64,000 nucleotides of DNA from Camelus ferus (lineage: Eukaryota). Each line of letters begins with the position of its first letter. Position 1 is the stretch's first letter. Shown here piece by piece: positions 31,366 through 42,152 of the stretch. Made by a program: the position numbers and the translations under genes. Below the pieces are notes generated by a model that ran no database searches, was not told the origin of the DNA, and saw nothing but the letters and a program-made list of their open reading frames with translations. The stretch is from contig NC_045715.1 in NCBI RefSeq assembly GCF_009834535.1, forward strand, positions 22,072,001 to 22,136,000. The letters run 5' to 3'.

Positions 31366-31548
31366 AAAAATAAATCATTTCTTCTTTTTAAAATTTTGAT
31401 TTTGGGGGGGAAGGTAATTAAGTTTATATATTTATTTGTTTTTATTTTTATTTTATTTATTTATTTTTTAATGGAGGTGCTTGGGATTAAACCCAGGACC
31501 TCATGCATGCTAAGCATGGGCTCTACCACTTGAGCTATACCCTCCTCC
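31366..31548 (-). mobile_element. tRNA-Ala-derived SINE with full tail
   Basis: Reverse tRNA-like body plus GGTAATTAAGTTTAT tail motif. Confidence 0.9.
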
Positions 31549-31599
31549 AATTTAACGTAGTTTATATCTAAAAGTGTTGTATTGACCTCCCTATATTTC

Positions 31600-32220
31600 T
31601 CTGCAACAAAATATATTTTTAAAAATTAGTTCTTTTCAATTTCTTTTAACCATAGTACTATGTTTAAAATTTTCTTTTGGATTGAACTATTAGCAACAGC
31701 CCAAATTGATCAAAGTCACATAAGTACATTATACATTTTGAAAGATAACCATTATACATAAATACAAAATTTTATTCAAAATGCATCTTTTAATGGCTTT
31801 TCAACTAGTCCATGTTTCATTGAATCACATTGCTGGAATGAGACAGCATTCAGTAACAATTCTCTTTCTATTTTTTTCCTTTTCATCAAAATAAGAGCTG
31901 AGAGTTCTTGTTCACATAAATAAGTAAATGGAAATGGAAATATTTTTATTATAGCAATGACACTCACTTCTTTGGACTCCATCTGAATTATATGTCAAAA
32001 ATCACATCATGAGCCATCATTAAATTTATTTTAATGATATTCAAGCTGAAAACTCAATTAGATTCTCTTTTAATCTTGTTTAAAGCAAAGAATAGGAAAC
32101 CACCTGACTTGCTAAAGGATTCATTACTCAATCATTAGAGTAATTTACTTCCAAAAACAATATTTCTAATATTTCAAATTGTACCTCTGTTTAGCAACCC
32201 AGATGTTTTTACATTTCCCC
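31600..32220 (-). pseudogene. Decayed hAT (Charlie-type) transposase C-terminal fragment
   Basis: ORF 31776-31982 contains PFPFTYLCEQELSALILMKRK, resembling the hATC dimerisation motif PFPSTYLCExGFSAL; surrounding frames are broken. Confidence 0.7.
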
Positions 32221-33039
32221 ACCTTGGGAGAATGGCAAATGGGCAATGGTAAAAAAGGAGGAGAGAAATGAGAATTTGCACAACAGTTCTCATGCAAACC
32301 AGTTTTAGGAAAATGACATAGGAATAGAATATGTGAAAATGAATACCTTCATAACAGACCATGCCCTCATTCCCTTTGTAAGGTTTTTGTGTGAATTTTG
32401 GAGTCTGCACACTCCAGGGTGAAGACCACTGGACTAGGGAAGTGTAGTATGATTGTCAGCCGGCATGACGTCTACTTGAGATTTACCGTAAATTCAAAGT
32501 GAGACCAGCTAGTATGGTGGTGTGGTTCTCTTTCCCTCCAGATACATTCAGTTACGTGTGTGCAATGGCAGAGTTGGCAGAGAGTGAGGGCTTTGCCAAG
32601 AGTGCTGGGAATGGATGAAGTAGCAAAGGAGTCAAGGCTGTGTGCAAAAATAACATCAGGCTTATTGGTGAAGTCCAGTCAGGAAGGTGAGTACTAAAAT
32701 TTCCAGTTCTTAAGGAGGAGCTCTTCCAGGGTAGCAAAGTGAGAAGAGAAGAGAGTCACAGATCAGGCTTTGGACAGTTCTAGGATTTAATGTCAAGAAA
32801 CCATGGAGATCAAGAGTCATTTGAGAGGTAGGAAGGGTATCAAAAATTGTTGGGTCTTGGAGGTTAAGAGACAAATGTCCCAAGAAAGTGGAAGTCTACT
32901 TGTCATCTGCTGCTGCAAAATCAAATAAGAGGAAGTCTCTAAAGTTCACTATATTTAGTTACATGGAAGTTATTGGGGAATTTAGGGAGAGTAAGCCAAA
33001 CAGATCTTTACATTTACTTCATTGAATTTTACTTTTCTT

Positions 33040-33510
33040 TTTAACAATGTGTATCAAACTATCCTAAAATTTCATGTCTTAAAACAACAGCCATTTAATT
33101 AGCTCACCCTTCCACGTGTCGGCAGTATGGGCTGGGATCATGTATACAATTCTTTTAAAGCAAGGTTCTCTCTTGTATTTGTTATCAGCTGCTGGTCAGT
33201 TGATAACTATGCTTCTGAAGACTGGCTGGGTGTTGCTGGAATGATAGGAAGCACTTCGGCCTCACGTCTTGTCATCCAGAAGACTAGCCTGAGTGTGTTT
33301 GCTGGCAGGGTTTCAGGACTGAGAGCAGAACGTACAAGGCTTCCTGAGGCTTACGCTCAGAGCTGGTATAAGGTCACTTCTATCTTGTTTTACTGACCGA
33401 AGCAAGTCACAAGGCCAATCCAGATTCCAGGAGTATGGAAACAAGGTCCACCTTTTGATGGAGTACCTGCCAAGACACACTGTCAAGAGCCTGGATAACA
33501 GGAAGTAGGG
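33040..33510 (-). mobile_element. MaLR LTR (MLT1G/H-like)
   Basis: TCTTAAAACAACAGCCATTTAATTAGCTCAC...GCAAGTCACAAGGCCAATCCAGATTC...CCACCTTTTGATGG. Confidence 0.7.
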
Positions 33511-34714
33511 GAGAATTGGAGACAATTCAACACCTAGATGGATTCAGAATTTGGGATACAGAGTGTAGGGGAGAGAGAGTCGGCAATCATGGGGTTATAC
33601 AAACCCACAAACAGCCCACAGAGCAAGTCAATCTGAACATGTCATGACCAGAGGAAACCAAAACCACTTCTGGCCTGTGCTGGTTAAGTGAAGCATTTCC
33701 TCCTCTTACTTCCCTGCATCTGTCTTTGATGGGTACGGTGGGACACTGAGGAAGGCTAAAAAGAGATGCACAAAGAAGCAGCTGGACACATTGCCTCTTT
33801 TTCCTAACACAGCTATCCAAGTCAAGCCAGTGATAGCTGGCCAAGAGAAGAAACTTCATTTAAAATAAAGTGTGGAGGACTTTCCAGAGGGAGATTGAGC
33901 AGATACACTCTGTGGCCTTCTTGAGTATTGTTCAGAGAGGAAGGAAGAGCTAGCCCCACAGGGCAGATTCCAAGAGACCATGGGGTAAAGGATAACACTA
34001 TTATCAGATTACAATCTGCAAGTACACAGACGCATGTACTGCTACAGAAGTTAAAAACTACAAATTGTCGTAAGTGGTATAAAGGAAATAAACAGCATGA
34101 GAGAGAATTAGTGATATAGATAGTGGGGAGGCACTGAGTTCCTTGATGGAGAGGCCCGAAAAGGGCACCCCAAGGCGACTTGAAGTAAGACAATGAACCA
34201 GTCCCAGTGTTTCAGGCAGAGGGACTGACTAGTGTGAAGTCCCAAGCCAGGAAAGACCTTGGCATGTTTGACACCAATTCTTTTTCCTTTTTAACTACAA
34301 TTTATGGGATAAAAAACACATTTTACTGCTGCAATCCAGAACACATACGTGTCTAAAACAAAAATTTCATGAAATTCTTCTTCTACATAAAATGCTAAAA
34401 TGTACTCTGATATTTTATTTCACTTCAGAATCATTGAGATATAATTTGCATACTGTCAAATTCACCCGTTTCAGGTGTACAGTTCCATGTATTTTGACAA
34501 ATGTATATAATTGCATACATCACCACAATCAAGATACAGAACACTTCCATCGCCTTCAAAATTCCTTCTTGTCCCTTTGTAGTGAATCCCCTTTCCCACT
34601 GTGAAGCCATTGGCAAGCACAGATCTGATTTCTGCTCCTATAGATTTAAAAAAATAGTTTTTCTTGATGTGTCTGCCTACATGTTTATTGATTTGGTATC
34701 ATTGATTTTCTTAT

Positions 34715-34918
34715 TAACTTTTTAATTTTTTATTTTTTTACTTCATTACATTTTTGTTTTGTTTTAGCAGGGAGGTAATTAGGTTTATTTAGTTATTTAT
34801 TAGGAGGAGGTAATTAGGTTTATGGGTTGACTGATTGACTAATGGAGGTGCTGGGGATTGAACCCAGGACCTTGTGCATGCTAAGCATGTGCTCTACCAC
34901 TGAGCTATACCCTCCCTC
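34715..34918 (-). mobile_element. tRNA-Ala-derived SINE with duplicated tail motif
   Basis: Near-consensus body 34843-34918; GGAGGTAATTAGGTTTAT occurs at 34771-34788 and 34806-34823. Confidence 0.9.
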
Positions 34919-35352
34919 ATCAATGATTTTTCTCTATTGTTTTTCTGTTCTCAACTTCATTGATTTCTGCTCTAATCCCCCTTATTTCTTCCCTGTTTAC
35001 TTTGAATTTAATTTGCTCTTTTTTCCTAATTTCTTAAGATGGAAGCTTAGATTAATGATTTGAAACATTTCTTGTTCTTTAGTTTAATGTTTACATTTCC
35101 ATTCAGGTGCCCCTTTACCTGTGTCCCACAAATTTTGATATGTTGTGTTTTCATCTGCATTCAATTCAAAATCTTTTCTAATTTCCCTTATGATCTCCTC
35201 TTTGACCCATGGGTTATTTGGACGTGTACTGTTTAATATGCAAGTATTTGAGAGATTTTTCAAATATCATTCTGTTATTGATTTCTAATTTAATTCAGTT
35301 GTAGTCAAAGAACACACTTTTTATGATTTCAGTTATTTAAAATTTGTTGGCA

Positions 35353-35449
35353 GGGGACGGGGTATAGCTCAGTGGTAGAGTGCATGCTTAGCATGCATGA
35401 GGTCCTGGGTTCAATCCCCAGTGTTTCCACTTAAAAAATTTAAAAAAAA
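35353..35449 (+). mobile_element. tRNA-Ala-derived SINE
   Basis: GGGTATAGCTCAGTGGTAGAGTGCATGCTTAGCATGCATGAGGTCCTGGGTTCAATCCCCAGT + A-rich tail. Confidence 0.9.
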
Positions 35450-36327
35450 TTTTTTAAACAACTTTATTGTGGTATAATTTCTGTCCAGTAAACTACACAT
35501 ATTTCAGATGTACAACTTGATGAGTTTTGATAGATATATACACCTATGAAACCACCATTTCCATCAACTCCCCAAGAGACGCAAATTTCAAAAGAGGCAT
35601 GATGACTGTCCAGAATCTCTAAGTGTGCAGGGTCACCTCTGGTGCACCCCCAGTGTTCTATCAGACCTCTAGTGATGATGAGGTCCCTGGTGCTGCCACA
35701 TCTCTGCCCCCATCACTGTCCTTTTACACCGAGCTTCTGCACAGAAGGACTTGGGTGGTGCATCAACCTCCTTCCACAGGCCTCAGCTCCCACTGCTGGG
35801 GATGTGGTCTTTATTGGTTCTTATCTTCTCCCTTGTTCTAAAGCAGAAGGTCTTCGCAGGGAGTTCAAATTTCCCCCATCCAGGTATAACTTGATTCATT
35901 TTGTTTTTTCACTCATTCACTTAATCAAAGTCAACAAATATTTATTTATAGCCAACTTTGTGCATCCACATTCCAAGCATGGGAGTAGTGGTGAACAAAA
36001 ATTAGGTCACTGCCCTCATGCAGCTTGTGGTCCAGCTGAAAATACTAACATTAGTGAGACATTACAGTGAAATGTGAAGTGAGTTACGATAGAGGAAATA
36101 AAACGTGCTCTGAGAGGTATGGAACAGTGACATCTAATCTAGTGTGAGAGACAGTAAAGAGCTTGCTAAGGATGTGAAGTTCAGGATAAGAACTGAAGGA
36201 TGAGTAGAAGTGAGTCCAGTAAAAGAGTGGTTGGTTGGGGGCTCATTGTTTTGTACAAATTGTTTCTAAAACATTTCATGAGATTATTATTACCTGGATA
36301 CAGATTTATAACCAACATTAAAAACAA

Positions 36328-36435
36328 GGGGGGAGGGTATAGCTCAGTGGTATAGCACATGCTTAGCATGCATGAGGTCCTGGGCCTAATGCCTAGTACA
36401 CCATTAAAAAAGAAATTAAAATAAAAACAACAACA
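36328..36435 (+). mobile_element. tRNA-Ala-derived SINE
   Basis: Intact A box, damaged B box, A-rich tail. Confidence 0.88.
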
Positions 36436-36439
36436 ACAT

Positions 36440-36615
36440 ACACCTTTCCAGAGAACAGATAAAGAGAGTATGCTTTCGAACTATTTTATGAGACTTAATA
36501 TAACCTTGATAACAACATTAGACAAAGACGGTTCAAGAAAGGACAACTATAGGTTAATCTCACTGACAAACATAGGTGGAAAAATTCTAAACAAAAGTTT
36601 TGTAGACCAAGCCAA

Positions 36616-36672
<57 letters not shown>

Positions 36673-37085
36673 ACTAACCTGACAATTAAAAAAAAACATA
36701 AATAGTGATCATGTTGTTTGTAAGGATTTGATTGTCTGCACAGAAAACCCAACACATTATCAGAATTGATAGGGGAACTTAGAAACATTTTTAAAAAGGA
36801 GATTAATAACCCAAACAATTAGTTTCCTTTATAGCAGTAGCAGATAGTAAGAAAATATAATTTTATAAAAGCTCTTTAGAATACAATAAAAAATTTAAGA
36901 TAATTAGGAATAAATCAAGCAAAAGTGTTCAAGAAATTTTGGAGAAGAATTACAGCATTTTATTGAAAGACGCTAAAGAAGACCCAATAAATGCATTAAT
37001 GGATAAGGAGAAAATATTACAATGATGTCAACTCTCTGCAAATTAATTTCTGCATCTAATTCAATTTTAATAAAAATTCTCAGTA
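36440..37085 (+). mobile_element. L1 ORF2 (RT region) fragments
   Basis: ORF 36470-36682 NYRLISLTNIGGKILNK resembles L1 NFRPISLMNIDAKILNK. Confidence 0.8.
36619..36668. repeat. (GT)25 microsatellite
   Basis: Perfect dinucleotide run of 50 bp. Confidence 0.98.
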
Positions 37086-38267
37086 ACATTTTTTCTGGAC
37101 TATATAGTATGTCACATCCATGATCTCTTTTAGTTTTTGTCATTGCCTCTCTATCTGCTCATCTGTCTGTGCGCCTTACTGGACAAGAACTTCAAAAAAG
37201 GCAGGGACCATGTCTGTCCTGTTCACTGCTATATTCCCAGCATCCAGCACAGGGTGACGTGTTGGAGGTACACCAGGCTCCATTCAGCTACAATTGGCCT
37301 AGAATAAGTGTGTCTCACACTAAATTTGCACCTTGCATAAAAATGAAGCAAGATGTTAACACTGATTTTTCTTTTATAACTAGGTTTTTCTGAGGACCAG
37401 TGGTCAGACAAAGGAAGGTGGTTCCCTAGACCTACTTTAAAGGGTGTATCTTCACTGGATCTTTGACACTGTTTTTTGGAGTGGTAATGGACTTTACATA
37501 GGGAGTGGCTGTCTCCTGGAAGGCCTGTCCACACAGATGGGGGTGAGTGATGCCTCCTTGGCAACTGGGCCTAGGGTGGGGGTCTTCATGGCTAAGGCAG
37601 GGACCTGGAAGAAGAGAGGGCACCCAGAGACCCCCTGGGCACCTTCCAACACTTTCCATTTCCCATTAAAGACATGACATTAGAATAGAGAAAACCAAAT
37701 TTCTTTCTTCTAATCAAACCTCTAGCCCACTTAAATGACCAATTTTTTCTAAGTCTAGATATGAACATTTCCATTATGAGAAACTCTCCAGGATCTTCAT
37801 TCATTGTGGTTTGTTGTAGTGGGATCTTGTGATACATGGTTAGAAATAATATTCCTGTTCAGCTTGAGATGAAACACGGATGATGCCTGGATTCTGAAGG
37901 TGCCCTCAAGCCCAGTGCCACATGGCCATTCTCAGCCCTAGTCTTGCTTCCCCTCCCAGTTTAGATCTGTGCCTTTGGCTGGATTTGGATAGTTTGGGAG
38001 AGCAGGGAGAGGAACAAAGAGATGACAGAAGAGGCTCCAGCCATCTGTTTGGAGTTAATGCCAGGAGTTCTCTTACTTTTCTGAGAAAACCACTGGGGAA
38101 ATAATTACCACGTGGACAAAAAAATCTCTATTAGTCTTAGGGTAGGAAAACGCAAACAGGAATTTTCCAGCGACCCCCATCTGACTTTTGTGTCCTCAAA
38201 AACATGTCAATTGATATCATTTTGGAGGGGTATTTACTCCTTGGTCTCAAGGAAACCTTTTTTTTTT

Positions 38268-38401
38268 TTTAATTCTTATTTTTTTTTATTGAAGTGTAGT
38301 CAATTTACAATGTTAGTTTCAGGTGTACAGCAAAGCAATTCAGTTATACACATACATACATATCTATATTTTTTCAGATTCTTTTCCATTATAGCTCATT
38401 A
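38268..38401 (-). mobile_element. L1 3' end, short and 5'-truncated
   Basis: Poly(T) then TTGAAGTGTAGTCAATTTACAATGTTAGTTTCAGGTGTACAGCAAAG. Confidence 0.8.
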
Positions 38402-39035
38402 AAACCTACACCTATACCTGTACCTGAACTTCTCCAGACTTCATATCAACAAAGTTCTTTTCTTGCAATGTTTCCTATTAGATATCACTGTGACCTGTAA
38501 CTGATTTGAACCAAGACTGAATTAGTCTTTTATTTTGTAAAAATTTTCATGCCACACCTGTTACTGAAGTCTTCAAAATTACAATTTTCAGTGGCCACAT
38601 TATATTCCACATGTTCTCAAATGCCTTTCTTTCATTGAATCCATCTCATTTTACAATCATACACTGAGTGATGTGGCTGTGTGTTTCATATCTGCCTCTT
38701 CATTTGATTGTTAAGTTCCCTAAGGGCAGGGTCATGTCAATTCTGGCTCAGGGTTGAATCACCAGCAGCAGCATACACAGTAGATGCATTGCTCCTAATA
38801 TATATATTATATGTAAAACATACATGTTATTATAAATATATAAGTTCAATTTACATTACATAATATAGTTTTGTCATCTCCTATTTAATAATCATCCACT
38901 GGTGAACATTTTGGTTGTTTCCAGTACTCTGCTTATGTAAACCTTTTATGCACATTTCCAATTATTTCCTTAAACTAAATTCTTAAATTGGAGTGATACA
39001 TTAAGAGGTGTTGGTACTTTCAAGTTTCCTGAACT

Positions 39036-39122
39036 TTTTTTTTTAATGGAGGTACAGGGGCTTGAACCCAGGAACTTGTACATGCCCAGCATGCACTCTA
39101 CCACTGAGCTGTACCCTCCCCC
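39036..39122 (-). mobile_element. tRNA-Ala-derived SINE
   Basis: 15-bp TSD CAAGTTTC(C/T)TGAACT at 39021-39035 and 39123-39137. Confidence 0.92.
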
Positions 39123-39607
39123 CAAGTTTCTTGAACTTCTAGGAAAGAAGTACCAATTTATACTCCCAGCAATAATATATAAGAGTCCAGTTTGTTAGGA
39201 AAACATATTTCATTCTTCTCAGTTTCTTTTCATTCTATTTATCTTTTGGTGTAATATATTCATACGATGCAAAATGTGAAAGTACTCCTCCCTGCCCTGG
39301 CACACTTAGGGCTGCCTGGTGTTCGTGTCATCTTGGTCTTCACTTCCTACTCAGCCTAGACAATATGGAGGCTTTTTTTTCTCACCCCCAAAGGCTTCTT
39401 TTTTGGGGGAACAAAAGGCTAATGGTGCACTTCAGACCTAACGGTAGTTATGTTCTTTAATGGTATTTTTCAGATAATATGGTTTTAACTACACTTGTAA
39501 AACATTTTTGAGACTTGTTTTGTATATTTTCTTAGTAATACACATATTCATAAATTTTAGGATGTAAGAGTCGACATGTTTTAAATTATTAATTCTGTTG
39601 TTCTAAG

Positions 39608-40056
39608 TTTTTTTTTTAAATTGAAGTATAGTTGACATACAATCTTGTGTTAGTTTCAGGTATACAGCAAAGTGATTCAGTTATACATATATATTCTTTT
39701 TCATAGTCTTTTCCATTATGGTTTATTACAAGATATTGAATATAGTTCCTTGTGCTATACAGTAGGACCTTGTTGTTTATCTATTTTATATATATAGTAG
39801 TTTGTATCTGGTAACTCCAAACTCCTAATATATCCCTCCCCACCCATTTCCCCTTTGGTAACCGTAAGTTTGTTCTTTATGTCCGTTTCTGTTTTGCAAA
39901 TAAGTTCATTTGTATTATATTTTAGATTCCACATGTAAGTGATATCATAAGATATTTTTCTTTGACGTACTTCACTTAGTATGATAATCTCTAGGTCCAT
40001 CCATGTTGCTGCAAATGGCATTATTTCATTCTTTTCTATTGGTGAGTAGTATTCTG
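39608..40056 (-). mobile_element. L1 3'UTR (laurasiatherian/artiodactyl type)
   Basis: TTGAAGTATAGTTGA...GTGCTATACAGTAGGACCTTGTTG...TAGATTCCACATGTAAGTGATATC...CATCCATGTTGCTGCAAATGGC. Confidence 0.85.
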
Positions 40057-41479
40057 AATGGCACATTTTAAAAGTTATTTTCTAACAGATGGTTGCTGAT
40101 GATAGAAATGCAAAAGATTTTACATATTAATATTTTTCTATATTGATTTTGTAATGCAGCAGCCTTGCTAAACTCACTTATCAATTCTATCTGAATTTTC
40201 TTTTGGGGTTGCTACACATGCAAAATTTCCTCTGCGATACTCACATACTTGTTTCTTCCCAATTTTTTCTATATTTGCTGTTGTTTATGGACTGTCTAAA
40301 ACTTCCATTATTGTATTGACTAGGATTATTGACAGCAGGTATCCTTGCCTTGTTCCTCATCTTAAGAGAAATGGTTTCAACACTTCACCATTATTGTGCT
40401 GTGTGCTGTTAGATTTTTGAAGATGTCCTTTATCATGTTATGGTTTTTTTCTTTAGTATCAATGGATGTTGAATAGTTTGAGTCACTTGCATCAATTAAG
40501 ATGAATAAACTTTTTCTTCTTTAATGCCCGTATTTCTCCTAGTCTAACATTTGTTTAACTTTCATAAATGTCTTTTGCTATACATTTCTTCTTGGGTTTC
40601 TTCTCTCAGTTCTCCTTACCCATCCATTAAACGTTGGTCCTCGCCCGTTTCCTCCCTCATTCCTCACTCTTTAAGCTCTTGCTTCTTGTAGGTTTCCTAG
40701 GACTCCGAGGCTGGGGGATGACGACTGGGTTTTCAGTCTGCTCCCCTCCCCAAGCACGTTTGAATCCAAATTAAATAATAGAAGATGGGTGGCTTGAGTT
40801 CCAGTTTGGCCAATCTCCAATTATGCACCAGGCCAAATCCCTTAGTTCCCTGCCTTTCCGTCTCATAAATCAGATCCCTGTCCTGTCTAGTTCCAGGATT
40901 GGTTGGAAACTCAGCTGAGTAAATGCAGTAGAACCACTCTGCAAATTATTCATAGGTAAGGAGTTATTGTTTTTATTACTAAGATTATTAGTAGTGTGAG
41001 ATAACCGATATAGCTTGGATTTTGAAAGCTAATGGAATCTAGATCCATTCCCAAACAGCAGTGTGACCTTGAACTTGTTACTTAATCTTTCTAAACTTGT
41101 CTCCTTCACCTGGCTTGCAGATAAGAAACACAAAGCATTTGACACACAGTAAGAGCTCAGTGAACTTATCGATTATTAAAAGAGATCATGCACGTGCAGT
41201 TAGCTTGAAAAGCATAAAATACTTCATAAACGGAAGTAGTAAACCCTGCACAGGTTCTAGGCACAGAGGGACCCAAGCCAGTTCTCCAGCACTAGGAACT
41301 GCGCCCAGGACATAGGAGGTAGGGTGAGGCGGGTGACTGCAGAGAAAAATCCTCTTCCCCTGGGCCTCGAATCCCCATTGTCGGGCTTCCATGGAGCGCC
41401 AAGCTGTATTAAAGGTCCCTAAGTTTGGTGAGAAGTGCCAAAGTGACCGGTGAATGGGCAGACTCGGCCACTCATATCA

Positions 41480-42152
41480 GCGCGGAGGATCCAATTCCAC
41501 TTCCGGGATCGGTTTTAAGTCGCAGGGATGCCGTGCGCTACAGCCTCAATCACAACGATCCAGTTCTGATTAGCTAACGAGTGCACTTCCTACTGTCGTC
41601 GCTACGGGGCGCTCGCCCCACCCCGCGCCTTGCTCGGGTCCTTGTTTGCGCACGCGTGATTCCTTTTTTTCAGCGTCCCCGCCCCTACACCAGTTATGTT
41701 CCGGCGGCGTGCTCCAGGCAATTTCTGACGCACGAAGCGGCGGCCGGGAGCCGAGCGGAAGTCCAGTGCGACTGCTGCTAAAAGACGGGTTGGGTAAGAC
41801 AAGGAAAAGTGGAGCCGGAAGTGTGACTAAACCGCCTGCCTCTCCGGCGCGGGGGAAGCAGGAAAGAGAAGGAGCTGGCTGGGAGGGGTGTGGCCTAGGG
41901 AGGCGGAGGGCGCTGCGATTGGCCCTCGGCTGTGGTGACGGCGACGATTGGCCCCTGCGTGCGGAGCGAGGTGAGAAGGGTAGCGGCCGTTAAAATTCAA
42001 AAGTGGCGGGTGTGGCGCGGAGCTGGCAGCGCCGAAGGCCCGAGAGCGCGTGCTCTGTGTCGCGAGCTGGCGAGAGAACGCAGGTCCCGGGAGCCTTGGC
42101 CCCCTGTCCTCTTCCATTGCGCTTCCCCGGCGTGTGTGGCACGGAGCTGGAC
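41480..42152 (+). promoter_or_regulatory. KIFC1: KIFC1 CpG-island promoter
   Basis: ETS cores (CCGGAAGT near 41816), two ATTGG boxes (41918, 41947), inverted CHR TTCAAA (41996-42001) next to GTGGCGGG. Confidence 0.8.

Larger units (their letters stand above)
34400..35600 (-). mobile_element. L1 fragments (antisense ORF2 and 3' pieces) carrying two SINE insertions
   Basis: Typical T-rich antisense L1 text, e.g. CCACAAATTTTGATATGTTGTGTTTTCAT, GTAGTCAAAGAACACACTTTTATGATTTC. Confidence 0.75.

Noticed and set aside
35353-35429. tRNA-Ala(AGC) gene calls for this and the other 11 tRNA-like copies
   Set aside because: They have 5' G-rich extensions, A-rich tails, TSDs and mismatched acceptor stems, so they are SINE retrocopies, not bona fide tRNA genes.
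39755-40066. 103-aa ORF (KNEIMPFAATWMDLE...)
   Set aside because: This is the familiar L1 ORF2 C-terminus/3'UTR remnant, not a host gene.
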